Below the pieces are notes generated by a model, which had not been told where the DNA came from, searched no databases, and saw nothing but the letters and a program-made list of their open reading frames with translations. From an uncultured Candidatus Saccharibacteria bacterium (GTDB taxonomy: Bacteria > Patescibacteriota > Minisyncoccia > Phycocordibacterales > UBA9973): a DNA stretch of 64,000 nucleotides. Each line of letters opens with the position of its first letter. The first letter of the stretch is position 1. Position numbers and translations under genes: made by a program. This document shows positions 9,177 through 20,839 of this stretch, piece by piece. Location: assembly GCA_964522195.1 (NCBI GenBank), contig CAZFSV010000002.1:36743-100742 (forward strand), written 5' to 3'.

Positions 9177-9205
9177 TTGCTTTAGTTTTTAAATAGTAGT
9201 ATAAT
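9177..9205 (+). promoter_or_regulatory. Candidate sigma70-type promoter of the ATP synthase operon (TTGCTT-17-TATAAT)
   Basis: Hexamers with 17-nt spacer immediately after the tRNA and upstream of the atpI-like ORF. The AT-rich genome makes chance matches likely. Confidence 0.3.
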
Positions 9206-9249
9206 TGCCAAGGCAAATTTTTAGCCTGTTTTTTTATATAAGAAATAAT

Positions 9250-9555
9250 ATGGAAATAGATAGATTAAAACAAGAAAAAGACAAATACGTAACTAAGATT
9301 TTTTACTTAGGTCTTAAGATTGCTTTAATTTTTGCTATTCCTGCAGTAGGAGGAGTTTTGCTTGGAAAAAGATTGGATATACTTTACGACACAGGCAAAG
9401 CTATAACTTATAGTATGCTTGCTTTTGCTTTTATACTTTCTTGGACTATAACCATAACTATGTATAATAATTTAGCCAAAAAGATAAAAAAAGTAGAAAG
9501 GGAGATTAAGTTAGAAAAAGATAAAATTACTGAAGCAGATAAACAAATTAATTAA
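9250..9555 (+). CDS. AtpI/AtpZ-like small membrane protein preceding F0 genes
   Basis: Two predicted TM helices, first position of the atp operon. The ORF track starts at a TTG (9205); the ATG at 9250 is preferred. Confidence 0.45.
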   Translation: MEIDRLKQEKDKYVTKIFYLGLKIALIFAIPAVGGVLLGKRLDILYDTGKAITYSMLAFAFILSWTITITMYNNLAKKIKKVEREIKLEKDKITEADKQIN

Positions 9556-9566
9556 AATTATAATTT

Positions 9567-10364
9567 ATGAATTTTTTTCAAATTGAAAGAGAAATAAGTG
9601 GAATAAACCCTGATATTGTATTTAAGATTGGAGATTTTCCAATTTCAAATACAACTTTACTTCTTTCTTTTATAGCTTTAGTTTTATTTCTATTTTCATA
9701 TTTTAAAATTAGTAAATTTATTTGGTCTCCTTCAAAAGGTCAGGCTTTAACTGAGATTTTTTATGAAGGTATATATGGTTTAATTTATCAAATTACAAAT
9801 AGTAATAAATTAACAAAACAAATTTTACCTTTGATAGGCGCCCTGATTATTTTTGTTGGCTTATCTAATTTAATTGGGCTTATTGTACCTGGATTAACAA
9901 GTATTACTTATGATGGAATTTCTATTTTTAGAACTCCAACTTCTGATTTTAATACTACCTTCTCTTTAGCTGTTGCTTGTATTTTAATTACTCACGTTGT
10001 TAGTATTAGAGATTGGGGTTTATTGACTCACATAGGTAAATTTCTTCAATTTAAAGAAATTTATTTAGGTTTCAAGAAAAGTTTTGGAGATGGAGCGATG
10101 GCAATTGTCGGTTTTTTGATAGGTGTTTTAGATATTGTTGGAGAATTTGCAAAAATTATCGCTTTGTCTCTGAGATTATTTGGAAATATGTATGCAGGAG
10201 AGGTTTTGATGATGGTTATATTCGGAGGACTTGCATATTTCTTGCCAGCCCTTTGGATGGCTATGAGTTTACTTTCGGCTGTGGTGCAAGCAACTGTATT
10301 TTCTTTGCTTGTGACTGCTTATTATACATTAGCAGTTAAACCAGTCACAGATGATGAAAGTTAA
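9567..10364 (+). CDS. atpB: F0F1 ATP synthase subunit a
   Basis: LSLRLFGNMYAGE motif containing the essential Arg. Multi-TM. Confidence 0.9.
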   Translation: MNFFQIEREISGINPDIVFKIGDFPISNTTLLLSFIALVLFLFSYFKISKFIWSPSKGQALTEIFYEGIYGLIYQITNSNKLTKQILPLIGALIIFVGLSNLIGLIVPGLTSITYDGISIFRTPTSDFNTTFSLAVACILITHVVSIRDWGLLTHIGKFLQFKEIYLGFKKSFGDGAMAIVGFLIGVLDIVGEFAKIIALSLRLFGNMYAGEVLMMVIFGGLAYFLPALWMAMSLLSAVVQATVFSLLVTAYYTLAVKPVTDDES

Positions 10365-10427
10365 TTAAAAGTCGTTTTTATTATTATTTTAATTTTGCTT
10401 GTTTAGTAAAACAAGAGTAAAAATATT

Positions 10428-10646
10428 ATGGAAGTAGAATCAGCACGTTTATTTGCTAAAGCTATCGTTATGACTATAGCTATGGCAGGATCTGCTTTAG
10501 CAGAAGGTTATCTTATTGGTAAGGCTTTAGAAGCTATGGGTCGCAATCCAGAAATGGAAGGTTCAATATTTACAAAAATGATCATCGGAGTTGCGATGGC
10601 TGAATCAACAGCTATCTATGCTTTCGTTGCATTCTTCTTACTTTAA
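10428..10646 (+). CDS. atpE: F0F1 ATP synthase subunit c
   Basis: 72-aa hairpin proteolipid; GRNPE loop and a conserved carboxylate in the second helix (MAEST). Confidence 0.9.
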   Translation: MEVESARLFAKAIVMTIAMAGSALAEGYLIGKALEAMGRNPEMEGSIFTKMIIGVAMAESTAIYAFVAFFLL

Positions 10647-10668
10647 TTATTAATTTAAATTTATTTAT

Positions 10669-11169
10669 ATGGAAAATTTACTAAATATATTAGGAAAAGT
10701 TGGTTTTGATTGGCAAGTAGCACTAGCTAATTTGTTTAATTTCTTAATTATATTTTTTATTTTAAAAAAGTTTGCTTTTGGTCCTATAGGTAAATTAATT
10801 AAAGAAAGACAAGACGCAATCACAAAAGGTCTTAATGATGCAGAAAAAAATAAAAAACTTTTAGATAATACTGAAAAAGAGTATGAAAAAGTTCTTTTAA
10901 GTGCTCGTAATGAAGCAAATCAAATCATTGTAGAAGCTAAAAATGATGCACAAGCTAAAAAAGACAAATTGATGGAAGATGCTAAAAAAGAAGTAGCTCT
11001 TATTTTAGAGAATGGAAAAAAGACTTTAGAAATTGAAAAAGTTAAAATGTTATCTGAAGCTCGCAAGGAAATTGTAGATTTAGTAATGCAAGTTTCAGAA
11101 AAAGTTTTAAATGAAAAAGTAGATTCTAATTATTCAAATAAAGTTATTAAAGAATTAAATAATTTATAA
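10669..11169 (+). CDS. atpF: F0F1 ATP synthase subunit b
   Basis: Single N-terminal TM followed by a long charged helix. Operon position. Confidence 0.8.
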   Translation: MENLLNILGKVGFDWQVALANLFNFLIIFFILKKFAFGPIGKLIKERQDAITKGLNDAEKNKKLLDNTEKEYEKVLLSARNEANQIIVEAKNDAQAKKDKLMEDAKKEVALILENGKKTLEIEKVKMLSEARKEIVDLVMQVSEKVLNEKVDSNYSNKVIKELNNL

Positions 11170-11170
11170 T

Positions 11171-11575
11171 ATGGCAAAGTTTTCGAACAATGAAATAGCC
11201 AATGCAATTTACAAAGGCGCAAAAGGTAAAGAAGGCGAAAATCTTTCTTTGTTTATGCAAAATGTTATAAAATTTTTAGTTCAAAAGAAACTTCTTTTTA
11301 AGTCAGAGCATATAATATCAGAACTTGAAAAAGTTCACGATAAAGAAAGTGGTATTTTGAAGGTTAATTTGTTTACTAAAAATAAAATAGATGAATCTTT
11401 TAAAAATGAATTAATCAATATTTTATCTAAAAAATACAAAGTAGAGAAAATTATTTTAAGAGAAAATATAGATCCAAAAATAGTAGACGGTTTCAGGTTA
11501 GAGATAGGAGATGAAATATTAGACACAAGCATAAAAAATAAATTACAAAAATTACAAGCATATTTAACAAGATAA
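11171..11575 (+). CDS. atpH: F0F1 ATP synthase subunit delta (short form)
   Basis: Operon position between b and alpha. C-terminal [13 protein letters not shown] matches the OSCP/delta C-terminal pattern. Confidence 0.7.
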   Translation: MAKFSNNEIANAIYKGAKGKEGENLSLFMQNVIKFLVQKKLLFKSEHIISELEKVHDKESGILKVNLFTKNKIDESFKNELINILSKKYKVEKIILRENIDPKIVDGFRLEIGDEILDTSIKNKLQKLQAYLTR

Positions 11576-11579
11576 TATT

Positions 11580-13088
11580 ATGAACAACAACACAATAGTA
11601 GAAAATTTAAAAAAAGAAATAGAAAATTTTTCTTTAAAAATTAAAGGAGAAAAAGTTGGTCGCGTGATAGAAGTATTTGATGGTATTGTAAAAGCTACGG
11701 GACTTTCAGATGTAAAATCAAGTGAAATGGTTTCTTTTCCTCGTGGTGAAGTTGGTGTTGTTTTAAATCTTGAAGATGATAGTGCCGGTATTATTGTGCT
11801 TGGTGATTTTTCTCAAATTAAAGAAAATGATATTGTAACTCCTACAGGGAAAATCTTGGAAGTTCCTGTAAGTGATACTCAAATTGGACGTGTTTTAAAT
11901 GCTTTAGGAAATCCAATTGACGGAAAAGGTGAAATTAAAACTGAAAAAACTTATGCAGTGGAACGCGTGGCTCCTGGAGTTGTAACTCGTCAATCAGTAG
12001 ACCAACCTCTCCAAACAGGTATTAAAGCTATTGATGCTTTGATTCCAGTTGGCCGTGGTCAAAGAGAGCTTATTATTGGAGATAGACAAACAGGTAAAAC
12101 AGCTATTGCCATAGACACAATTTTAAACCAAAAAGATCAAAACATAATTTGTATTTATGTTTCTATTGCTCAAAAAGATTCTAAGTTGCGTAAAATAGTA
12201 ACTAGACTCGAAGAAGGAGGAGCTATGGATTATACTATTATTGTTTCAGCTGGAGTATCTGAATCTGCTTCTTTGTCATATATTGCTCCTTATACTGGAG
12301 TTGCTATTGCAGAATATTTTATGGATCAAGGTAAAGATGTTTTGATTGTTTATGACGATTTATCAAAACATGCAGTAGCTTATCGTGAAATTTCTCTTCT
12401 TCTTCGTCGTCCACCAGGTCGTGAAGCTTATCCTGGAGATGTTTTCTATTTGCACTCAAGATTGCTTGAAAGAGCTTGTAGAAGAAACAAAGAATATGGA
12501 GGTGGAAGTATCACAGCATTACCTATAATTGAAACTCAAGCAGGGGACTTGTCTGCGTACATTCCTACAAATGTTATCTCTATTACCGACGGTCAAATAT
12601 TCCTAGAAACGGATTTATTCTATAAAGGAGTTCGCCCTGCGGTGAATGTAGGATTCTCTGTTTCTCGTGTAGGAGGAAACGCTCAAATTAAAGCAATGAA
12701 AAAAGTTGCAGGAACTTTGAAACTTGATCTTGCTCAATTTCGTGAACTTGAAGCTTTTGCTCAATTCGGTTCTGATTTAGATGATGCTACAAAAAGACAA
12801 TTAGAAAGAGGAAAGAGGGCAGTTGAATTATTAAAACAAGCTCAATATTCACCTGTTTTAACAGAAAATCAAATAATAGCTTTATATGCTTTAGTAAAAG
12901 GGTATATGGATGAAATTCCTCTTGCTAGTATTCATACATTTGAAGCTGGGCTTGTTGAGTACGTAGAAAATAATGCAAAGAATTTCTTGAAAGAAGTTCG
13001 TGAAAAGAAAATGTGGGAAGAAAAAGGAGAATTAGAATTAAAGAAAGCAATTGAAGATTATAAAACAACTTTTTTAGCTAATAATTAA
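11580..13088 (+). CDS. atpA: F0F1 ATP synthase subunit alpha
   Basis: Walker A GDRQTGKT; high similarity pattern to alpha subunits. Confidence 0.95.
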   Translation: MNNNTIVENLKKEIENFSLKIKGEKVGRVIEVFDGIVKATGLSDVKSSEMVSFPRGEVGVVLNLEDDSAGIIVLGDFSQIKENDIVTPTGKILEVPVSDTQIGRVLNALGNPIDGKGEIKTEKTYAVERVAPGVVTRQSVDQPLQTGIKAIDALIPVGRGQRELIIGDRQTGKTAIAIDTILNQKDQNIICIYVSIAQKDSKLRKIVTRLEEGGAMDYTIIVSAGVSESASLSYIAPYTGVAIAEYFMDQGKDVLIVYDDLSKHAVAYREISLLLRRPPGREAYPGDVFYLHSRLLERACRRNKEYGGGSITALPIIETQAGDLSAYIPTNVISITDGQIFLETDLFYKGVRPAVNVGFSVSRVGGNAQIKAMKKVAGTLKLDLAQFRELEAFAQFGSDLDDATKRQLERGKRAVELLKQAQYSPVLTENQIIALYALVKGYMDEIPLASIHTFEAGLVEYVENNAKNFLKEVREKKMWEEKGELELKKAIEDYKTTFLANN

Positions 13089-13111
13089 AACCTAAAATAT
13101 AATTTAATTTT

Positions 13112-14029
13112 ATGGCAGGAACAAAAGAAATTAAAAGAAGAATAAAGAGTGTTAAGAACACAAAGAAGATCACCAAAGCTATGGAACTTGTAGCTGCTTC
13201 TAAGATGAAAAAAGCAGTTGTGAAAACTTTAGCTTCTCGTTTGTATGCAAATTATTCCTGGGATTTACTTGCTTCTGTTTCAGAGTCAATTAAAGATTTA
13301 AAAAATATTTTCTTTACTGAAAATAAAAAAGCAGAAAAGACTTTATATATTTTATTTACTTCAAATAGAGGACTTTGTGGAGGATATAATACTCAAGTTT
13401 TTAAAAGAGCTTTTGCGGCTTTCAAAAAAATAGACAATAAAGAAAATCTTGATATTTTAGTTGTTGGTAAAAAAGGAGATGCTATGCTCCGTAGAGCAAA
13501 ATTAAATGTAGTAGCATCTTTCTTAGAATTACCTGATGTTATAGAACTTCGAGACATTGCACCAGTTTCAGAATTAATTTTATCTGAATATAAAAAAGGT
13601 ATTTATAAAGATGTCTATATTATTTATACAGATTATATTTCTGCTTTATCTCAAAAACCAAAAAGAAAAATGATTTTACCTGTATCTCGTTATGAATTAA
13701 AAGAATCAATAGAGTCTATTGGTGATTTAAAATCAAAAGAAGAATTAGCTAAATTCAAAAACAAAAACAACACACAATATATTTTTGAAGGTAATATGGA
13801 AAGTTTAGTTGAAAGTTTGTCTGAGAAATTAATTAGAATGCAGATTTATCAAACTTTGTTAGAATCTAATACTTCAGAACAGTCATCTCGTATGATAGCC
13901 ATGAAGAATGCAGGAGATGCCGCTTCTGAAATGATAGATGATTTAACTTTAGTTTTTAACAAAGCAAGACAAGCAAATATTACAAAAGAAATTAGTGAAA
14001 TTAGTGCTGGTATGGCCTCAGTAAATTAA
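13112..14029 (+). CDS. atpG: F0F1 ATP synthase subunit gamma
   Basis: N-terminal MAGTKEIKRRIKSVKNTKKITKAMELVAASKM and C-terminal ITKEISEI motifs of gamma. Confidence 0.9.
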   Translation: MAGTKEIKRRIKSVKNTKKITKAMELVAASKMKKAVVKTLASRLYANYSWDLLASVSESIKDLKNIFFTENKKAEKTLYILFTSNRGLCGGYNTQVFKRAFAAFKKIDNKENLDILVVGKKGDAMLRRAKLNVVASFLELPDVIELRDIAPVSELILSEYKKGIYKDVYIIYTDYISALSQKPKRKMILPVSRYELKESIESIGDLKSKEELAKFKNKNNTQYIFEGNMESLVESLSEKLIRMQIYQTLLESNTSEQSSRMIAMKNAGDAASEMIDDLTLVFNKARQANITKEISEISAGMASVN

Positions 14030-14056
14030 AGATTATAAAAAATAAATTATTATTAA

Positions 14057-15445
<1,389 letters not shown>

Positions 15446-15453
15446 AAAATAAA

Positions 15454-15900
15454 ATGTCAAAAAAAATAAATTTAAAAATCATAACTCCTGAAAAATTAAT
15501 TCTAGAAGAAATTGTGGATGAAGTTTTAATTCCTACTTCAGAAGGAGAAATAGGAATATTACCTAATCACATTCCTTTAATAGCTCGTTTGTCTTCAGGG
15601 GATGTTGTTGGAATGTTAGGGGATGAAAATTTACCTGTGGCTGTGGTCGGAGGTTTTGCTGAAATTAAAAAAGATGAAACCGGAACTACTAATGTTATTA
15701 TCTTGGCTGATTTTGCAGAAAATGTAGCAAACTTAACTGATGAAGTTATTGCTCGCGCAAAAGCTCGTGCTGAAGAATTAAAACTTGAAATGGAAAAGAA
15801 AGACAATGTTGACTTCGAACACTTTGCAACAGAACTTGAAAGATCAATCACTCAAATCAAAATTGCTGATAAGTGGCGCACTCGTAAATATAGAAAATAA
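15454..15900 (+). CDS. atpC: F0F1 ATP synthase subunit epsilon
   Basis: Operon position. Beta-sandwich N-term plus helical C-term typical of epsilon. Confidence 0.8.
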   Translation: MSKKINLKIITPEKLILEEIVDEVLIPTSEGEIGILPNHIPLIARLSSGDVVGMLGDENLPVAVVGGFAEIKKDETGTTNVIILADFAENVANLTDEVIARAKARAEELKLEMEKKDNVDFEHFATELERSITQIKIADKWRTRKYRK

Positions 15901-15901
15901 A

Positions 15902-16579
15902 ATGGGTAAATTTTACATTGTTGCAACTCCAATAGGAAATCTAAGTGATATTACTCTTAGGGCTTTAGAAGTTTTAAAAAGTGTAGATTTAATTCTTTGT
16001 GAAGATACTCGGGTTACTAAAAAGCTTTTAGATAAATATGAAATTAAAAATCAGACTATGAGTTATCACGCTCAGAGTAAGATTTCCAAATTAGATAAAA
16101 TTTTAGAATTACTCAAAGAAGGTAAGAACATCGCCTTGGTATCTGATGCGGGTACACCAGCTATTTCAGACCCTGGAATTATGCTTATAAAAGCTATTAA
16201 AGAGAGATTTCCAAGCGAAATAGTAATTATACCGATTCCAGGTCCTACAGCTCTAATAACAGCTTTAATCGCTTCAGGACTTGATACTAATGAATTTACT
16301 TTCTTAGGATTTTTGCCTCATAAAAAGGGTAGAGAGACCTTATTTAAAGAGATGAGTGAATCTAAAAGAACCATGATTTTTTATGAATCTCCACATAGAA
16401 TAATGAAGACCTTAGAAGCTTTAGTAAAATTCTGTCCAGATAAAAAAGTTTGTGTAGCGAGAGAGTTAACTAAAATCTACGAACAATTTGTCACTAATAC
16501 TCCTGAAAAAGTTTTGAAATATTTTGAAGAAAACCCTGATAAAGTTAGAGGCGAATTTGTAGTCTTGGTGGGGAAATAA
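15902..16579 (+). CDS. rsmI: 16S rRNA (cytidine1402-2'-O)-methyltransferase
   Basis: MGKFYIVATPIGNLSDITLRALEVL...LILCEDTR tetrapyrrole-methylase fold signature. The ATG at 15902 abuts the atpC stop. Confidence 0.85.
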   Translation: MGKFYIVATPIGNLSDITLRALEVLKSVDLILCEDTRVTKKLLDKYEIKNQTMSYHAQSKISKLDKILELLKEGKNIALVSDAGTPAISDPGIMLIKAIKERFPSEIVIIPIPGPTALITALIASGLDTNEFTFLGFLPHKKGRETLFKEMSESKRTMIFYESPHRIMKTLEALVKFCPDKKVCVARELTKIYEQFVTNTPEKVLKYFEENPDKVRGEFVVLVGK

Positions 16580-16580
16580 A

Positions 16581-18539
16581 TTACAACAAATTTTCAGGGT
16601 CTATTTGAATATCAAAGTTTTTTTCTAAATAATTTAATTTTTTATACAATTCTTCGTCTATGTGACTATTTGAAATTAAGTTCGGTGTGGACCAATTTTC
16701 CCTATTTAATTTAATTAAAATATTTACAGTTGTTTTATTCTTTGTTTGTCCATTTGAACTTTTAAAAATTATTGGATTATATTCATTAAAATTCTCTTCA
16801 ATAAATTTTTTGACTTTTAAATTTTCTTCACTGTTTCCAAAATAAGTAAGTTTAATAAATCTTACATAAGGTGGATATTTTAAAATTTTCCTATCTTGCA
16901 ACTCCTCGTTAATATAATTTAATAAATTTTTATTTTTAATACTTAAAATCGCTTCATTTTCAGGATTTCTTGTTTCTATAATTAAATTTTCACGAGTTAT
17001 ATCTATTGTGTTAAATAAAATATTAATCACTTTTTCATTAATTTTGAAATTTGGAATCGTGAATAAAGAATCAAAAGAAGCGATCATAGATAAATCAACT
17101 TTTTCTCTTAGATAAAAGAAAGCCATTTCGGTCCCAAGTAATATAGAATTTTCTGTTTTATAAAATTCATTTATGACTTTTATAGCTTCTTTGTTGTTTT
17201 TAATATTAGTTTTATCTAGTTGGAATATTTTTACGTTTTTTATATTTTTTTCTAATTCCTCCTTGATTTTATCTATACCAATACCTAAAGGTACTAAATT
17301 CCAACCATCACAATGAATACATTTATTCATTGTATTTTCTTCTTTTTTACATTTATTACACAAAAAAATTCTTTGTTCTTTACTTTTAGTTTGATATAAA
17401 ACAAGAGGAGATTTGCAATCTTTGCATAAAACTTCATTTTGACAATCTTTACAGACTGTAAAAGTTGCAAGTCCTTTACGCAAAGCAAATACAAAAATTT
17501 TACCTTTATTTGTAAGGGTTTTTTTAATTTCTAAAATACTTTTTTCGTCTAAAATTTCAAATTTTTTTTCTTCTCGATCTGTATTTTTAATAATTTTATT
17601 TTTATCTAAAATAGTAATTTCTCCAAAATAAGGTAAACGATAAGACATTTTTTCTAATTCGTTTAAATTATCTATTTTTATTCTTTCTATTGTTTCAAAA
17701 CGAAGCAATTTATCAGCTAAAATTAATTTTGCGTTGATTTTTGAAGCAAAAATTTCAATAAATATCCTTAAATCAAAAAATGGTTTTTGAAAAGTTTTGT
17801 AACTATTACTATTTTCTTCTTCTATGATAATAGTTTTTAAATTTAAAATAGGTATTGATAAAAATTGTGGGGTACCTATGATTACCACAGGGTGGGGGTT
17901 TTGAAGAATTTCTTTGATTTTTTCTAAGAGTTTATTTTTGTTTAAATTATTTGATAAGGTATAAACAAATTTTTCTATTCCTTTGTTTAAATTCTCTTCA
18001 AATTCACTCAAAGAGTGATCTGTGGGTAATACAATAAAAATTGATTCTTTGTTAGCAAAAGCACCTCTAATATATCTTTTGTAATAATCTATTCTTTCTT
18101 CTTTAGAATTTTGAAATAATAATTTTTCTGATTTTATTTCAGAATTTCTTACTGTATTTCTTGAAATATCATAATCTTTAGCTAATAAATCATAATTTTC
18201 TTTAATTATGCTTGGAATCAAAAAAGACAACATATAGTTCTTGTTTACAATAAAATATTTACTAGTTAAAAAAACAGCTTCTAAAAATTCTTTTCTAAAA
18301 ATAGAAATTTCTTTCTTTTCAGCTATTTTTTTGATATTGAAATTCATATTTTTAATTTTAGATTTTAAGTCTAGTAAATTTTCTATACTAACAACTAAAC
18401 CTAAACTTTTTTTAGTTTTGATAGTTATGCTTACAATATCACCAACTTCAATATTTTCCTTAGTAAAATAAGTTAGTTCTTCGGCAAAAGCTTGCTTTTT
18501 TAAAGGTAATATTTGTAATACTTTCATTCCTGAATTCAT
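16581..18539 (-). CDS. priA: Primosomal protein N' (PriA) with degenerate helicase motifs
   Basis: N-terminal 3'-DNA-binding domain and two CxxC...CxxC zinc fingers are retained. Aligns collinearly with E. coli PriA, but Walker A is NSKEER (18081-18110) instead of GSGKTE, and Walker B is EEEN (17811-17822) instead of DEEH. Confidence 0.75.
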   Translation of the reverse strand: MNSGMKVLQILPLKKQAFAEELTYFTKENIEVGDIVSITIKTKKSLGLVVSIENLLDLKSKIKNMNFNIKKIAEKKEISIFRKEFLEAVFLTSKYFIVNKNYMLSFLIPSIIKENYDLLAKDYDISRNTVRNSEIKSEKLLFQNSKEERIDYYKRYIRGAFANKESIFIVLPTDHSLSEFEENLNKGIEKFVYTLSNNLNKNKLLEKIKEILQNPHPVVIIGTPQFLSIPILNLKTIIIEEENSNSYKTFQKPFFDLRIFIEIFASKINAKLILADKLLRFETIERIKIDNLNELEKMSYRLPYFGEITILDKNKIIKNTDREEKKFEILDEKSILEIKKTLTNKGKIFVFALRKGLATFTVCKDCQNEVLCKDCKSPLVLYQTKSKEQRIFLCNKCKKEENTMNKCIHCDGWNLVPLGIGIDKIKEELEKNIKNVKIFQLDKTNIKNNKEAIKVINEFYKTENSILLGTEMAFFYLREKVDLSMIASFDSLFTIPNFKINEKVINILFNTIDITRENLIIETRNPENEAILSIKNKNLLNYINEELQDRKILKYPPYVRFIKLTYFGNSEENLKVKKFIEENFNEYNPIIFKSSNGQTKNKTTVNILIKLNRENWSTPNLISNSHIDEELYKKLNYLEKNFDIQIDPENLL

Positions 18540-18576
18540 ATTTTTTATTCTACCATATATATGATATATTAGGTTT

Positions 18577-19590
18577 ATGAGTTTATTTTCGAAAAAATTA
18601 GGTATAGATTTAGGTACTGCAAATACTCTTGTTTTTGTGCCTGGAAAAGGGATAGTTTTAAATGAACCTTCTGTCGTATCTGTGTCTTTAGAAGATAATA
18701 AAATTTTAGCTATTGGTAAAGAAGCTAAAGAAATGATAGGTAAAACCCCTGAAGCTATTATTACTTATTGTCCAATGAAAGATGGGGTTATTGCTGATTA
18801 TCGTATTACTGAAGCTATGCTTAGATATTTTATAAATAAAGCAATGGGTAAATTTAATTTATGGAAACCTGATGTTATGGTTTCTGTTCCGGCTGGAGTA
18901 ACTTCAACAGAACGTCGTGCTGTAGTAGAGGCAACACTCAAAGCTGGGGCTCGCAATGCTTATGTTGTTAAAGAACCAATCTTAGCTGCTATAGGTGCAG
19001 GTATTCCTATTTATGAATCTCGGGGTCATATGGTTGTTGATATTGGAGGAGGAACTACTGATGTGGCTGTTATTTCTTTAGGTGGAATTGTAGCTTGTAC
19101 TTCTGTTAAATGTGCTGGCAATAAAATTGATCTTGCTATAGCAGATTATATTAAGAAAACTTTTAATTTAGCTATTGGAGATAAAACTGCTGAAGAAGTA
19201 AAAATAAAAATAGGTGGAGCGATTTCACTTGAAGAAGAATTAAAAGTCACCATAAAAGGACGTGATTATATTCAAGGACTTCCAAGGAGCGCTCAAGTTG
19301 GAACTAATGAAATAGTTAAAGCTATTGATAATGAACTTAAACAAATTGTAAAAGCTATCAAAGACGTTCTGCAAGAAATTCCCCCAGAACTCGCTTCTGA
19401 TATTATTGATAATGGAATTATTATGACTGGTGGAACTTCACTTTTACGCAATTTGTCTGATTTGATTTATAGAAAAACTGGAGTTAAAGCAACGGTGGCT
19501 GAGGATGCCTTGTATTGCGTAGTTAAAGGTACGGGTATTGCGCTTGAGCATTTAGATGTTTATAAAAAAGCTATTTTAAGTAAAAGATAA
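18577..19590 (+). CDS. mreB: Rod shape-determining protein MreB
   Basis: Actin-fold motifs GIDLGTANT and DIGGGTTD. Confidence 0.95.
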   Translation: MSLFSKKLGIDLGTANTLVFVPGKGIVLNEPSVVSVSLEDNKILAIGKEAKEMIGKTPEAIITYCPMKDGVIADYRITEAMLRYFINKAMGKFNLWKPDVMVSVPAGVTSTERRAVVEATLKAGARNAYVVKEPILAAIGAGIPIYESRGHMVVDIGGGTTDVAVISLGGIVACTSVKCAGNKIDLAIADYIKKTFNLAIGDKTAEEVKIKIGGAISLEEELKVTIKGRDYIQGLPRSAQVGTNEIVKAIDNELKQIVKAIKDVLQEIPPELASDIIDNGIIMTGGTSLLRNLSDLIYRKTGVKATVAEDALYCVVKGTGIALEHLDVYKKAILSKR

Positions 19591-19591
19591 A

Positions 19592-20266
19592 ATGTTAAAT
19601 CATATTAATAAAACTAATTTACACCACGCGTATCTAATAGAAGGTGGAGAAGATATTTTAAATTCTCTTTTGGGTTTTATCAAAAAAGAACTTGATATAG
19701 AAACTGTATCGAATCCAGATTTTTATTTTAAAAAATATGATACTTTTAAAATTGACGATGCTAGGTTTTTAATTAGTATTAAAGATGAAAAATCTATAAA
19801 AGGAGATAAGAAAATTGTTATAATACAAACTAATTCTGTTTTAAGAGAAGCTCAAAATGCTATGCTTAAAATGTTTGAAGAACCTATTTTAGACACTATC
19901 TTTTTTTTAATAGTAAAAGACAAAAATATTTTACTGCCTACATTTTTCTCTCGTTTTTATTTTGTTTCAAATGCAGATAAAAACATTTCTTTTGAAAAAG
20001 AAGCAAATGATTTTATAAAAATGAATTTAAAAGACAGATTAGAATTTATTAAAATTTTAACAGTTAAAGTAGATGAAGATGAAGAAGGTTTTGAGGCTCC
20101 TCGCCATAAAGCTTTAGAATTTTTAAATGCTTTAGAGTTTATTTTATCTCAAAAAGAAAATCAAGATAAAGAAATTTTCAATAAAATCTTTGAAATCAGA
20201 AGTTTCTTACGAGATCCTTCAAGTCAAGCAAAAATGCTACTTGAAGCAATAGCTATAAGTTTATAG
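19592..20266 (+). CDS. holB: DNA polymerase III delta'-like clamp-loader subunit (no P-loop)
   Basis: HAYLIEG, AQNAMLKMFEEP and FFSRFYFV resemble delta' box motifs. No GxxGxGK is present. Confidence 0.5.
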   Translation: MLNHINKTNLHHAYLIEGGEDILNSLLGFIKKELDIETVSNPDFYFKKYDTFKIDDARFLISIKDEKSIKGDKKIVIIQTNSVLREAQNAMLKMFEEPILDTIFFLIVKDKNILLPTFFSRFYFVSNADKNISFEKEANDFIKMNLKDRLEFIKILTVKVDEDEEGFEAPRHKALEFLNALEFILSQKENQDKEIFNKIFEIRSFLRDPSSQAKMLLEAIAISL

Positions 20267-20267
20267 A

Positions 20268-20786
20268 TTAATTTCCAAAATTTTCAAAAATTGATTTTTG
20301 AGTTTCAAGGTCTATTTTGTTTGTAGTTAGGATTATCATCTCTGTGGTTAATCCTAAATCTTTTTTAATATTTTCAAATAAATATTCGTATGGTAGGGGA
20401 GAAATCCAGACGGAATTCTTAAGACATACAAATCCTGCTTTTTTTAATAAATAGCGTAATGATTCACGTTCGTTTTTTCTGGTTTCAGGAAGATCGAGAA
20501 TTATCATTCTCCAATATCCATCCCAAGTTGTATTAACTAGAGTATTTTCATTATCTAATTTAAGACTATAAAGTTTCTTTTTTCCTTCTTTAGTAAGGCT
20601 TATGTAGTCTTGATTACCTGAGTCGTGAATTCGAGCAAAACCACTGTTTACGAGGTTTTTGAGGCTTCTGGAGAGGGCATATTTCTCTTTCTTGTCTTCT
20701 TTGTCTTTCAAAGACTTTATAGAGGTAGCCCTTTTTTCAGCTAATTTTTTAAGGATTTTTTTGGAAATATCTTGATTGCTTGACAT
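20268..20786 (-). CDS. PaaX-family winged-helix transcriptional regulator
   Basis: C-terminal WDGYWRMIILDLPETR...LRYLLKKAGFVCLKNSVWISP fits the PaaX_C pattern (WDG.W....LPE..R..LR..L...GFG.L..GVW..P). N-terminal wHTH. Confidence 0.55.
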   Translation of the reverse strand: MSSNQDISKKILKKLAEKRATSIKSLKDKEDKKEKYALSRSLKNLVNSGFARIHDSGNQDYISLTKEGKKKLYSLKLDNENTLVNTTWDGYWRMIILDLPETRKNERESLRYLLKKAGFVCLKNSVWISPLPYEYLFENIKKDLGLTTEMIILTTNKIDLETQKSIFENFGN

Positions 20787-20823
20787 AGATATATCATATC
20801 ATATATACTAGATTATACAAGTA

Positions 20824-20839
20824 TTTCGCGGTCGCGAAA
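20824..20839. promoter_or_regulatory. GC-rich inverted repeat TTTCGCG-GT-CGCGAAA in the divergent PaaX-like/dnaK intergenic region
   Basis: Perfect 7-2-7 palindrome standing out against AT-rich flanks. Does not match CIRCE or HAIR consensus. Confidence 0.45.

Noticed and set aside
20268-20786. PaaX-like regulator reinterpreted as a Cas2-like protein
   Set aside because: The C-terminal beta-alpha pattern superficially resembles Cas2 (D...R...L..G..QNSVF). The WDGYW...LPE...LR...GF...VW..P pattern fits PaaX_C better. There is also no cas1, repeat array or other cas gene nearby.
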